Shown here in pieces: positions 8,756-18,406 of a DNA stretch of 37,496 bases (positions are counted from its first letter, which is position 1; each line of letters opens with the position of its first letter). The position numbers and the translations under genes were made by a program. Where the stretch lies: NCBI GenBank assembly GCA_029548485.1, contig JAKPNH010000009.1, positions 1 through 37,496 on the forward strand, written 5' to 3'. The notes under the pieces are model-generated. The model was given only the letters and a program-made list of their open reading frames with translations, searched no databases and was not told the origin of the DNA. Source of the DNA: a bacterium (lineage in GTDB: Bacteria; Patescibacteriota; Minisyncoccia; UBA6257; Colwellbacteraceae).

Positions 8756-9100
8756 ATGAAGACTTTCATAAATTGGGTTATATCAGCTGTCGCCATTATA
8801 ATAGCGGCCTACGTTTTGCCCGGAGTGAACGTCGACGGCTTTTTGGCCGCGCTCGTTCTCGCGGTCGTGCTCGGAGCGATCAACGCTTTTATTAAGCCGA
8901 TAATCCTTTTCCTTACCTTTCCGATCAATATCGTAACCCTCGGATTGTTTACGTTGGTTATAAACGCCGGACTCGTCATACTCGCTTCATACATTGTTCC
9001 GGGGTTCAGCGTTGCCAGTTTCTGGTGGGCGATGCTGTTTAGTATTGTTCTGTCTTTTGTTACGACTGTTTTTTCGTCTTTTGGCTCAAACGATAAGTAA
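8756..9100 (+). CDS. 4-TM phage-holin-4/YvlD (DUF360) family membrane protein
   Basis: Motif NAFIKPII..LTFPINIVTLGLFTLVINA with four hydrophobic segments. Confidence 0.85.
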   Translation: MKTFINWVISAVAIIIAAYVLPGVNVDGFLAALVLAVVLGAINAFIKPIILFLTFPINIVTLGLFTLVINAGLVILASYIVPGFSVASFWWAMLFSIVLSFVTTVFSSFGSNDK

Positions 9101-9118
9101 TTAATACAGGGTAGGATT

Positions 9119-9148
9119 CATAAAGCACGCCAGTTGGCGCGCTTTATG
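9119..9148 (+). terminator. Hairpin/terminator
   Basis: Stem CATAAAGCACGCCA / TGGCGCGCTTTATG, followed by TTT. Confidence 0.6.
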
Positions 9149-9249
9149 TTTGTCATTTCTATGGCTCAATGGTGTTTTCTATTTTCTTGATTTTTTCTCT
9201 TTAAAATGTTATTTTATATTATAGCTCTTTCAGAAAGGGAGGCCTTCCA

Positions 9250-9795
9250 ATGGGTTTTCCGGTAAGTATCGAAGAGTTGCGAGTTGGCCTTGATACTAGG
9301 CGAGCCGCGATTAGGGGAATCGACGAAGAGCTCAAGCGCCTGAAAGAACAACGTGAAACGAACGAGCTTATGGCCGATGTTCTGGAGGGTTTGATGGAAT
9401 CGTGGAAGCATCCTGATCCGGGGAAGTATAAAGATGCGTATTTTTTCCTTAGCTCCGACCTCAAGAAACGTGTCGTCGTCAGGCAGTTCCTGGCTCCAGG
9501 CACGAAAATCTACCAGAACGCAGAAGAATGGCGATCTTATGATTGGAGTAGACCATCGAGGCACGGCAGTTTCTACTTTGACGGCGTGCCTTTTTATTAC
9601 CCGATCATAGACGTCAACGACGCCGGGAAAATCGAGTGTCCGACGTGCGGACAGCCTCAGCTCGTCGTTGAGCACTATGTTCAGACTTACGACAGTCCGG
9701 AAGGCGACGTATGGCTCAAACGACAGCTCATCGTCTGTCTCGATTGTGATAAGATCACAATCCATGAAAAGGCCGTGTCGGACAGCCGCTTCTAA
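9250..9795 (+). CDS. Hypothetical protein with N-terminal coiled coil and C-terminal zinc ribbon
   Basis: SD GGGAGG, CPTC...CLDC pairs, own promoter and a downstream hairpin. Confidence 0.65.
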   Translation: MGFPVSIEELRVGLDTRRAAIRGIDEELKRLKEQRETNELMADVLEGLMESWKHPDPGKYKDAYFFLSSDLKKRVVVRQFLAPGTKIYQNAEEWRSYDWSRPSRHGSFYFDGVPFYYPIIDVNDAGKIECPTCGQPQLVVEHYVQTYDSPEGDVWLKRQLIVCLDCDKITIHEKAVSDSRF

Positions 9796-9819
9796 CTCGA
9801 ATAAAAGGCGGGAGACTAT

Positions 9820-9843
9820 AAAGCGTGTCATGCGACACGCTTT
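9820..9843. terminator. Bidirectional hairpin between convergent genes
   Basis: AAAGCGTGTC-atgc-GACACGCTTT. Confidence 0.7.
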
Positions 9844-9849
9844 CTCTTT

Positions 9850-10953
9850 TTATTTCAAATTCTCGATGATCGCCATTTCCAAGGGAACGATGGCGAAAGG
9901 CGAATAACGCATTTCGCTGTAGGCGCGGATCAGGGATTTCAGCATGGCGGTCAGTTTTTCCGGATCGGCTTCTTTGGATTGCCTGACCAAAGTCTGGAGT
10001 TCGTCGGGCGTGAGTTCGGACTCGAAAACGTTTTTCATGTCTGGGTTGAAATGAAGCACCAAGACTCGGCGGAGATAATGGATCAGATCATGGTTCAATT
10101 CCACCAGATTGTATCCGGCCTCGTTTATGTCGGATAAGGTCTTCAGAGATTTTTCCAAATCCTTTTTGATCAGTTCTTCGGCCAGATCGGCGGTTTTCGT
10201 AAAACCGACTTTTCCGAGCAGGCTTTCGACCGATTCCAAATCGGCTGCTTCTCCGAGTGAAATTATCTGATCGAGTAAAGACTCCGCGTCCCTGAAGCTT
10301 CCTTCGGCGGCCACGGCCACGAGCTCCAGGGCGTCGTCGCTGATTTTCAGTTTTTCTTCCTTGACGATCGTCTGGAGTTTTCCGAGAATCGTTTTCACGG
10401 ACAACCTCCGGAAATTGAAACGCTGGGTCCGGGAAATTATCGTCGCCGGAAGCTTTTCGTATTCGGTCGTCGCCAAAATGAATATGGCGTGCTCCGGCGG
10501 CTCTTCCAGGGTTTTAAGAAGCGCGTTGAAAGCCTCCTTCGTCAATTGATGGACTTCGTCGATGATGAAAACTTTTCGGCGGTAGGAAGCCGGGGAAAGC
10601 TTGATCCCTTCTTTCAGGTTCCGGATTTCTTCGATGCCGCGGTTCGAGGCGGCGTCGATTTCGATAACGTCCAAAGCCCGGCCTTCGTCGATTTCGAGGC
10701 ACGGCCGGCAATGGTTGCACGGCTCGCCCGATTCCCGGAATTTCGGGTCGTTCATTCTGGTTTCGCAATTGGCGATCTTCGCCAGGATCCTTGCGGCCGT
10801 GGTTTTGCCGGATCCGCGGGGTCCGTAAAAAAGATAGGCGTGGCTCAGCTTGTCCTGTTTGGCGGCGTTTTTCAGGACCTCGGTCGTCGATTCCTGGCCC
10901 AAAACGTCGGTCAGGGTTTTCGGCCGGTATTTGCGGTAGATGGCGAGAGACAT
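9850..10953 (-). CDS. dnaX: DNA polymerase III subunit gamma/tau (short form)
   Basis: YRKYRP, Walker A GPRGSGKT, Zn motif C...CNHCRPC, EIDAASN and DEVH. Confidence 0.96.
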   Translation of the reverse strand: MSLAIYRKYRPKTLTDVLGQESTTEVLKNAAKQDKLSHAYLFYGPRGSGKTTAARILAKIANCETRMNDPKFRESGEPCNHCRPCLEIDEGRALDVIEIDAASNRGIEEIRNLKEGIKLSPASYRRKVFIIDEVHQLTKEAFNALLKTLEEPPEHAIFILATTEYEKLPATIISRTQRFNFRRLSVKTILGKLQTIVKEEKLKISDDALELVAVAAEGSFRDAESLLDQIISLGEAADLESVESLLGKVGFTKTADLAEELIKKDLEKSLKTLSDINEAGYNLVELNHDLIHYLRRVLVLHFNPDMKNVFESELTPDELQTLVRQSKEADPEKLTAMLKSLIRAYSEMRYSPFAIVPLEMAIIENLK

Positions 10954-11009
10954 GCTTTTATTATAGGCGAAAATGGATTAGAATAAAAACGCTTTAAAGC
11001 CGGAGTTTG

Positions 11010-12230
11010 ATGAGGAAAATCCTATTCATAATCTTTTTGGGGACCTTGGCCGCTGGGGCTTTTTTGTTTTTGAACACGACTTACACTTTCAAAGTCGGCG
11101 CCGGGGCGGTAAGCGAACCGGAAAAGCCGGCTGGAGTTTCGGGGATCATCGGCAAGCTGATAACGATCGGCGAAGAACAGCAAGCGACCATCGAGTCGAA
11201 AAACGACATCGAAAACCAAAAGCCCCTTTCGGAAAAACCAACGGCTGTCAAAGCGATTTATTCGACCGCCTGGTCAGCCGGTTCGGCCAAGAAAATCGAT
11301 TATTTCATCGACCTCATCAAGACCACGGAACTGAACGCCATTGTCATCGACATCAAGGATTATTCCGGTTACGTCGCTTACGACATCAACGATCCTTTCG
11401 TCAACAAGTACAAGGCCAAAGACATCAAGATCTCCAAAATCAACTCCCTAATCAAGAAACTCCACGATCAGGGGATTTACGTCATCGCCCGCATTGCCGT
11501 GTTCCAAGACCCGATTTTGGCCAAGAACAGGCCTGATTTGGCGGTTCAAAGCAAATCGACCGGGCTTACCTGGCTCGACCGTAAAAATCTGGCCTGGACA
11601 GACCCGGCTTCGCAAGAAGTCTGGGATTACAATTTGGCGATCGCCAAAGACGCGGCCAGTCGGGGGTTCGACGAAATCAATTTCGATTACATCCGTTTTC
11701 CTTCGGACGGCGACATAGCCGACATGGTTTTTCCGGTCTACGACACGACGAGCCCGAAGCACCTCACCATGAGAAAATTCTTCCAGTACGTGAGGAACAA
11801 TCTTCCGGAGACGCCTATTTCGGCCGATCTTTTCGGATTGGCGGGGATCGTGAACGATGACCTCGGCATCGGCCAAGTGCTCGAAGACGCCTTGCCTTAT
11901 TTCGACGCCGTTTCGCCCATGGCTTATCCGTCGCACTACGCCGTGAATTTCATGGGATTCAAGAATCCGGCCGAATATCCTTACGAAGTGGTGAGGAACA
12001 CCATGGCTACGGCCATGGCGAGACTCCACAAGCTCGGGGAACAAGGCATGGAGAACAAACCCAAGCTCCGGCTCTGGCTGCAGGACTTCAACATGGGTGC
12101 GACCTATGACGCCGCCATGGTGAGGAAAGAAATCCAAGCGGTCGAGGAAATAGACGCGACAAGCGGCTGGATGCTTTGGAATCCGAGTAACGTCTACACC
12201 AAAGGCGCTTTGATCCCGGAGAAAAGCTAA
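11010..12230 (+). CDS. Putative glycoside hydrolase (DUF4015-like), membrane-anchored
   Basis: N-terminal TM, then NAIVIDIKD, IARIAVFQD, GFDEINFDYIRFP, PMAYPSHY, WLQDF and WNPSNVY. Confidence 0.8.
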   Translation: MRKILFIIFLGTLAAGAFLFLNTTYTFKVGAGAVSEPEKPAGVSGIIGKLITIGEEQQATIESKNDIENQKPLSEKPTAVKAIYSTAWSAGSAKKIDYFIDLIKTTELNAIVIDIKDYSGYVAYDINDPFVNKYKAKDIKISKINSLIKKLHDQGIYVIARIAVFQDPILAKNRPDLAVQSKSTGLTWLDRKNLAWTDPASQEVWDYNLAIAKDAASRGFDEINFDYIRFPSDGDIADMVFPVYDTTSPKHLTMRKFFQYVRNNLPETPISADLFGLAGIVNDDLGIGQVLEDALPYFDAVSPMAYPSHYAVNFMGFKNPAEYPYEVVRNTMATAMARLHKLGEQGMENKPKLRLWLQDFNMGATYDAAMVRKEIQAVEEIDATSGWMLWNPSNVYTKGALIPEKS

Positions 12231-12233
12231 GAC

Positions 12234-12557
12234 ATGCTCGGCCGGAAAAAACTAGTTTGGACCAGCCACGCGAACGCAAAGATGCGTTTTTACGGCCTTT
12301 CGGAGTACCGCGTCAAGCGCGTCATCAACTACCCGCAAAGGATCGAGAAAGGGATCGCCGCGAATACCGCGGCCGTGATGCAATCCTCCGGAAGCAAAAA
12401 GCATCCTTACGAGATCTGGACGATGATCAAAGACGAATCCCGCTCCGGAGAAAAGATCAGGAAAGTCATTTCCGCCTGGAAATATCCGGGAACGACCAAG
12501 CCCGGAGAGCCGCTTCCCAAAGAAATCCTGGCCGAGATAGAAGAAGCCGGGTTCTGA
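12234..12557 (+). CDS. Hypothetical protein, weakly DUF4258/BrnT-like
   Basis: Compact ORF in operon context. WTSHAxxKM N-terminus and a VISAW strand. Confidence 0.6.
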   Translation: MLGRKKLVWTSHANAKMRFYGLSEYRVKRVINYPQRIEKGIAANTAAVMQSSGSKKHPYEIWTMIKDESRSGEKIRKVISAWKYPGTTKPGEPLPKEILAEIEEAGF

Positions 12558-12600
12558 TCTCAAGTTGGTAAGGCGGGTTTTCGGGGTTATAATTCATAAA

Positions 12601-13296
12601 ATGCCTTTCGAAATCAGCATTGAAAGGTTCTCCGGTCCGTTACAGAAGCTTCTGGAACTCATCGAAGAACGCAAACTCGAAATCACCGAGTTGAGCCTCG
12701 CGGAGATCACCGGAGAATTTTTGGATTACGTCCAAAAAATGGGCGAAGCCGAACCGAAAACTTTGGCCGATTTCGTTTCCGTGGCCGCCAAGCTTTTGCT
12801 CATCAAATCGAAAAGCCTGATTCCGAACCTGGAATTGACAACCGAAGAAGAGGAAAGCATCGCCGATCTCGAGTCGCGGCTCAAGCTCTACAAGGAATTG
12901 AAATCCGCGGAAAAAAACGCAGCCGTTCTTTGGAAGTCGGAAAAAAGATCGTTCTCGCGGGATTTCGCCGCCGGTTCGAGAACGATCGTTTTCTATCCGC
13001 CGGCCAATTTCTCCAAAGAACTCGTAGCCAAAGCTTTTGGCGGGCTTTATAATATATTCGCGGCCGGAAAGAAAGAATACGTCGAGCACAAGATAATCAA
13101 TTTCGAAGAATACGTGGCGAGCCTCATCGGCCGCATCAAAGGAGCCACTCTCGGATTCAAGGAGCTTAGCAAAGACAAAGAGCGCCAGGAAATCGTCATT
13201 CTTTTCCTGGCCTTGCTGCATTTGCTGAAAGACAACGCCATCAAAATCGAGCAATCCGGACAATTCGAAGAAATAATCATCTCCCCGCATGCCTGA
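12601..13296 (+). CDS. scpA: Segregation and condensation protein A
   Basis: FSGPLQKLLELI, LLLIKSKSL and FLALLHL motifs. ATG 12601 lies 7 nt after TATAAT. Confidence 0.92.
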   Translation: MPFEISIERFSGPLQKLLELIEERKLEITELSLAEITGEFLDYVQKMGEAEPKTLADFVSVAAKLLLIKSKSLIPNLELTTEEEESIADLESRLKLYKELKSAEKNAAVLWKSEKRSFSRDFAAGSRTIVFYPPANFSKELVAKAFGGLYNIFAAGKKEYVEHKIINFEEYVASLIGRIKGATLGFKELSKDKERQEIVILFLALLHLLKDNAIKIEQSGQFEEIIISPHA

Positions 13297-13858
13297 AATC
13301 GAAAAACAATTGGAAGCGAAAATCGAAGCCGTCCTTTTCATCTACGGAGAGCCGGTGAAAATAACGAATCTCGTGAAAATGATCGAAGCCAGAGAACCGG
13401 AGGCAAGGAAGGCGATTGATCGCTTGAAATCCCGCCTCGATTCCGAAGAATCCGGATTGACGCTCGTCGAATCCGACGACAAAATACAACTTGTCACCAA
13501 ACCGGCTTTCGGGAAAATAATCGAAGAAATCGTCAAAGCCGAAATCAAGGAAGATCTGACTCCGGCGGCCCAGGAAACTTTATCCATCGTCGCTTACCTC
13601 GGTCCGATTTCGCGGCCGGAGATCGATTACATCCGGGGAGTCAATTCGAGCTTTATCCTGCGGAGCCTGATGGTGCGCGGACTCATCGAACGGAGTCCGA
13701 GCGCGAAAAGGCTTTCTTCTTTCGATTACAGATTGTCTTTCGACGCCTTGAAGCAGCTTGGCATTTCCAAAGAATCGGAGTTGCCGGAATACGAACGCTA
13801 TCGGGAAATCAGCAAAATCTTCAATGAAAAAGAAAACGGAAACGAACCCGGGAATTAA
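13289..13858 (+). CDS. scpB: Segregation and condensation protein B
   Basis: IEAVLF, ETLSIVAY.GPISRPEIDYIRGVNS. Overlaps scpA. Confidence 0.94.
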   Translation: MPEIEKQLEAKIEAVLFIYGEPVKITNLVKMIEAREPEARKAIDRLKSRLDSEESGLTLVESDDKIQLVTKPAFGKIIEEIVKAEIKEDLTPAAQETLSIVAYLGPISRPEIDYIRGVNSSFILRSLMVRGLIERSPSAKRLSSFDYRLSFDALKQLGISKESELPEYERYREISKIFNEKENGNEPGN

Positions 13859-14741
13859 GCCGCCCATTTTCATCCTCTTCGCCGCAGCCCTGTTGCTTAC
13901 CCTCATGAACCAGCGGCTTTTGTCGGGAAAAGCGGTTTTCACGGACAACAAGGACCTTTCGGGGCAGGCGATCGGGTACGCCGAAATTCAAGACCGGGCC
14001 GAACTTCCGCAAGCGCTCGTCTTGAACGAAAAACTGAACGCGGTGGCGGCCGAAGTCGTCGACCTCCAAACCAAAAAGAACCTCTTGGATTACAACGGGG
14101 GCCAGAATTGGCCGGCGGCCTCTTTGACCAAATTGATGTCGGCCGTCATTGTCGAAGAGTTCCTTGATCCCGGAGAAACGATCGACGTCCCTCGAACCGG
14201 GCCGGAAGACGAAGTTATTTTCCCCGGAGAAGCGTACAGCGTCGGAGACCTCGAAAAAATCATGCTCATGTCCTCGTCGAACAAGGCGGCTTACGCTTTC
14301 GAGAAACATTTCCCGGAAGGCCGATTTTTGGAGATGATGAACGAGAAAGCCAGAGACATCGGTATGGCGGACACCAATTTCACCGACGCTTCGGGGCTTT
14401 CCGAATCGAGCCGAACGTCTGGTGACGACCTCGTGAAGCTAGTACAATATATCTGGGAAAATCATCGCCGCGTTTTCTCGATCAACCGCGATCCCAAAGG
14501 AACGATCACCGAAATCAAAAGCGGGCAGATTAAAGAGATTTCGGCCACGCACCAGTTCGCCGGACGGCCGGATTTCCTGGGCGGCAAAACCGGATTCACG
14601 GCTTCGGCCCAAGGCAACTTGATTTCCATATTTTCCGTCGAAAACCACCCGGTCTTGATCCTCGTCCTCGGCACCGAGAGCCGGTTCGAGGAAAGCGAAA
14701 AAATATTAAAATTCATCACCGATGCTTCCAGAAGTAATTAG
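13824..14741 (+). CDS. D-alanyl-D-alanine carboxypeptidase (peptidase S11)
   Basis: SxxK (ASLTK), SxN (SSN) and KTG (GKTGF) motifs. Start moved to ATG 13824, ahead of the TM helix. Confidence 0.88.
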   Translation: MKKKTETNPGIKPPIFILFAAALLLTLMNQRLLSGKAVFTDNKDLSGQAIGYAEIQDRAELPQALVLNEKLNAVAAEVVDLQTKKNLLDYNGGQNWPAASLTKLMSAVIVEEFLDPGETIDVPRTGPEDEVIFPGEAYSVGDLEKIMLMSSSNKAAYAFEKHFPEGRFLEMMNEKARDIGMADTNFTDASGLSESSRTSGDDLVKLVQYIWENHRRVFSINRDPKGTITEIKSGQIKEISATHQFAGRPDFLGGKTGFTASAQGNLISIFSVENHPVLILVLGTESRFEESEKILKFITDASRSN

Positions 14742-15804
14742 GATACAGGCGGTCCGCGTTTTGGGCGTCACCATCATCGCCTTCGTGACCGCCATCTTGC
14801 TTACGCCGCCGCTTTTCAAATTTTTAAAGAAGTTCGGCATCAAAAAACAGATCCGTTCGGCCGAATCGGCTCCGATCTTCGCCAGGCTTCACGCCAAAAA
14901 AGAGGGGACGCCGACCATGGGCGGTATCTTGATTTGGGCTTCGGTGCTCGGTTTGGCCGTTATCTTCGCTCTTCTCAACCATTTCTTCGACGGGTTCTTC
15001 GCTTATTTGAATTTCGTGAACCGCGCCGAAACCTATCTGCCGCTCGCTGCCATGTTCATCGCCGCCGGACTCGGATTTATCGACGACCTTTTGGGCGCGC
15101 TCCGCATCGGTCCGAACAACGGAGGAATGACGACCAAGCATAAATTTTTAATGTATTGCCTGGTGGCGGCCATCGGCGCCTGGTGGTTCTACGCGAAACT
15201 CGGCTGCCTCGACAACGTGGAAAACGCCTGTATCCTCTGCATTCCTTTTTTCGGGAATTTCGACGTCGGACTTTGGTACATACCGATATTCATGCTGGTC
15301 GTCGTGGCAAGCGCTTTTTCGGCCGATCTGACCGACGGCCTCGACGGGCTTCTCGGCGGAGTCTCCTTGTTCATTTTCGGGGGATTGATGGTGGTCGCTT
15401 TTCTCATCCGCCGCTACAACCTGGCGGTGATGATCGGCGCCGTCATCGGTTCGCTCCTCGCTTTCCTTTGGAATAACATCAATCCGGCGAAATTCTTCAT
15501 GGGAGACACCGGCTCCATGGCCTTGGGCATCACCATGGGAGTGATCGCCATGCAGACCGATTCGGCCTTGTTTTTGCCGATCATCGCCCTGCCTTTGGTC
15601 CTTGAAACGCTTTCGGTGATCATCCAGACGATCAGCAAGAGATTCTTCCATCGGAAAATATTCCTTTCCACGCCGATCCACCACCATTTCGAAGCCGTAG
15701 GCATGCCCGAGGCGCAAATTACCATGCGTTTCTGGATCATCGGATTCATCGGCGTCGGCCTCGGGGTGATCCTCTTCGTATTCTATCTTTTCGGGCTAAT
15801 CTGA
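14722..15804 (+). CDS. mraY: Phospho-N-acetylmuramoyl-pentapeptide transferase
   Basis: KEGTPTMGG, GFIDD, TDGLDGL, FMGDTGS and PIHHHFE. Confidence 0.95.
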   Translation: MLPEVIRIQAVRVLGVTIIAFVTAILLTPPLFKFLKKFGIKKQIRSAESAPIFARLHAKKEGTPTMGGILIWASVLGLAVIFALLNHFFDGFFAYLNFVNRAETYLPLAAMFIAAGLGFIDDLLGALRIGPNNGGMTTKHKFLMYCLVAAIGAWWFYAKLGCLDNVENACILCIPFFGNFDVGLWYIPIFMLVVVASAFSADLTDGLDGLLGGVSLFIFGGLMVVAFLIRRYNLAVMIGAVIGSLLAFLWNNINPAKFFMGDTGSMALGITMGVIAMQTDSALFLPIIALPLVLETLSVIIQTISKRFFHRKIFLSTPIHHHFEAVGMPEAQITMRFWIIGFIGVGLGVILFVFYLFGLI

Positions 15805-15825
15805 CGGATGCGTTATAATTAAATC

Positions 15826-17334
15826 ATGAGCATCCTCATCAAAGGCGCGAACATCCTCGACGGCAACGGCAATCCGCCGCGAAAGGCGGACATTCTCGTT
15901 TTGAAAGACAAGATTTCGGCTATCGGAGACTTCCGCGGGTTGAGGCCCGCGGAAACGGTAATCGACGGCCTGGGGTCTTATGTCGCACCCGGATTCATAG
16001 ACGTCGACACGGATTCCGACCACTATCTCACGCTTTTTTCGAACCCCGGCCAGCAAGACTTCCTAAAACAAGGGGTGACCACCATTTTCGGAGGCATGTG
16101 TGGCTATTCGCTCGCTCCGCTCGTCTACGGTTCCATGGAATCGGTGCGTGAATGGTCCGAAAGCGAGCGCCTGAACGTCGATTGGCGGACGACCGGGGAA
16201 TTTCTGTCTAGCTTGAAGCGCATGGATCTCGGCGTCAATTTCGGAACGCTTTCGGGGCATCTCACTATGCGCCAAGATATCACGAAGAAACCGCGGGCCT
16301 TGAGCGAAAAAGAAACGAAGATCATCGGAACACTCCTCAAACAAAGCCTCGAAGGCGGGTCTTTCGGTCTGTCGTCGAGTCTCGGGTATGCTCCGGGAAA
16401 AGACATCGAAAACGAAGAGATCATCGAACTATTGAAAATCGTCAAAGCCGGGAACGGAGTCTATTCGACCCATCTCCGGGATTACGGGGAAGACCTTTTG
16501 AAGTCCGTCGAAGAGAGCGTGGCCGCGGCCGTTCAAAGCGGAGTCTCGACCATCATCAATCATTTCGAACCTTATTTCGCCTCCGCCAAAAAATACGAAA
16601 AGGCACTGAAGATGATCGGAGAAAACATCGCCGCCGCCGACATCTATTTCGACATCTTTCCCTTTAACACCTCGGTAGTTCTTTTGAGCGATCTTCTTCC
16701 GAAGCGCCTTTTTTCCGAAAACGCGGACGAGGCCTTGGCCAAATTGGAAAAGCCCGGATACGTCAAGCAAATCCAAAGTTTCTGGGACAAATCCGGAATC
16801 GATCCGAGTACGATGATCGTCGCCGGAGCTCCCAAAAACGACTACGTCGTCGGAAAAACCGTTTTGGATTTCGCCGAAAACAGGGGATTGGATCTTCGCG
16901 AGGGGGTCTTCGAGCTGATGCGGCTCACCCGGATGCGCGGATCGGTGAGCGTCAAGAACATCGACGAAAACCTGATCGAAAAAGGACTGCTCCACAGCCA
17001 ATCGTTAATCGCTTCGAACTCGACGAGCTTCGATCCTTCGGAAAAATTCGTCCATGAGCGCTCAAAGAGCACCTTCACCAAATATCTGGAGATCGCGACC
17101 AGAACCCTTTCGATCGAAGACGCTGTCAAAAAAATCACTTCGGTGCCGTCGAGAATCTTCAATCTGAAAAACAGGGGAACGATCAAAGAGGGAAACATCG
17201 CCGATTTGGTTTTGATCCGCGACAATAAAATCAAGGACGTCGTCGTTTCCGGAAAAGTCGCCCTCCGGAGCGGAGAAATAGAAAATTCCGCTTCCGGTCA
17301 AGTCATAAAACACGATGCTAAGAAAAAACGCTGA
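15826..17334 (+). CDS. N-acyl-D-amino-acid deacylase-like amidohydrolase with a degenerate active site
   Basis: APGFID, QGVTT..GMCG, STHLR and RGTIKEGNIADLV framework. HxH is replaced by DTD and the catalytic SD by SN. Confidence 0.8.
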   Translation: MSILIKGANILDGNGNPPRKADILVLKDKISAIGDFRGLRPAETVIDGLGSYVAPGFIDVDTDSDHYLTLFSNPGQQDFLKQGVTTIFGGMCGYSLAPLVYGSMESVREWSESERLNVDWRTTGEFLSSLKRMDLGVNFGTLSGHLTMRQDITKKPRALSEKETKIIGTLLKQSLEGGSFGLSSSLGYAPGKDIENEEIIELLKIVKAGNGVYSTHLRDYGEDLLKSVEESVAAAVQSGVSTIINHFEPYFASAKKYEKALKMIGENIAAADIYFDIFPFNTSVVLLSDLLPKRLFSENADEALAKLEKPGYVKQIQSFWDKSGIDPSTMIVAGAPKNDYVVGKTVLDFAENRGLDLREGVFELMRLTRMRGSVSVKNIDENLIEKGLLHSQSLIASNSTSFDPSEKFVHERSKSTFTKYLEIATRTLSIEDAVKKITSVPSRIFNLKNRGTIKEGNIADLVLIRDNKIKDVVVSGKVALRSGEIENSASGQVIKHDAKKKR

Positions 17335-18406
17335 CACCATCATCCTCGGAATCGCCATTCTGCTGATCGTCATCGGCTTTGCCGTGCTCGGGAGCGCTTC
17401 TTCGCCCTGGGGCAAGAAGCAATTCCACGATCCGAATTATTTCGTCGAACGCCAGCTTCTTTTTTGCCTGACCACGGGGCTTTTCGGGTTTTTGGCCGGC
17501 ATGTTCACCCCTCCGAAATTCATCAGGAAAATATCTCTCGCCGCTTTGATTTTGAACATCTGCCTTCTCGTCCTCGTATTCACGCCTTTCGGAGTGCAGG
17601 ACAAGACTTCTTCGAGGTGGCTCGAGATCAAAGGCGTTTCCATCCAGCCGTCGGAGCTGCTCAAGATCACTTTCATCATCTATATCTCTTCCTGGCTCGC
17701 GTCGGCGAAACGCGACCGAAAAACAGACGTCTGGGAGGGGTTTTTGCCTTTTCTTCTCATTTCCGGGCTGGTCGGGTTCTTGCTCGTCATTCAGCCGGCG
17801 ACGAGCATCGTCCTTATTTTGATGGCGGCCACTTTGATCGTTTATTTCGTGAGCGGCGCCAAGCTCTCTTTTATCGCAGCCATCACCATGCTCGCTCTTA
17901 TCGCCTTCGGGCTTCTGATCGCCTTCACGCCTTACCGGCTCGCGCGCTTCGTCACTTTTTTCAACAAAGACGCCGATCCCCTCGGAGCCTCGTTCCAGGT
18001 GAATCAGGCGATGATCGCCATCGGCTCGGGTCGGATCTTCGGAGTCGGCTACGGCAATTCGACCTCTAAGATCATCGGCTTGCCCGAACCGATCAGCGAT
18101 TCCATTTTCGCCATCGCCGCCGAAGAATTCGGATTCGTCGGCGTTATTTTCTTCATTCTGCTTTTCTTCGTCCTGACGCTCGCCGGATTTTTCGGGAGCC
18201 TGGAGACCAAAACCAAGTTCGGGAAATTCGCCATGATCGGCTTTTCTTCGATCATCGGCATCCAGGCTTTCGTCAACATGGCCGCCATTTCGGGAATGAT
18301 CCCTTTGACCGGGACCCCGCTTCCGTTTATAAGTTATGGGGGGACGAGCCTTACGGTTTTCATGACCATGCTCGGATTGATGGTTAATTTTTATAGAAAT
18401 GCGTAA
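17315..18406 (+). CDS. ftsW: SEDS family peptidoglycan polymerase FtsW
   Basis: RWL...SIQPSE..K, AIGSG..FG.G, LPE..SDSIF..EEFG and PLTGTPLPFISYGGTS. Lies upstream of murG. Confidence 0.9.
   Translation: MLRKNADTIILGIAILLIVIGFAVLGSASSPWGKKQFHDPNYFVERQLLFCLTTGLFGFLAGMFTPPKFIRKISLAALILNICLLVLVFTPFGVQDKTSSRWLEIKGVSIQPSELLKITFIIYISSWLASAKRDRKTDVWEGFLPFLLISGLVGFLLVIQPATSIVLILMAATLIVYFVSGAKLSFIAAITMLALIAFGLLIAFTPYRLARFVTFFNKDADPLGASFQVNQAMIAIGSGRIFGVGYGNSTSKIIGLPEPISDSIFAIAAEEFGFVGVIFFILLFFVLTLAGFFGSLETKTKFGKFAMIGFSSIIGIQAFVNMAAISGMIPLTGTPLPFISYGGTSLTVFMTMLGLMVNFYRNA

Noticed and set aside
8756-9100. Prophage lysis cassette
   Set aside because: This holin-named family is common on chromosomes, and no endolysin or phage structural genes are nearby.
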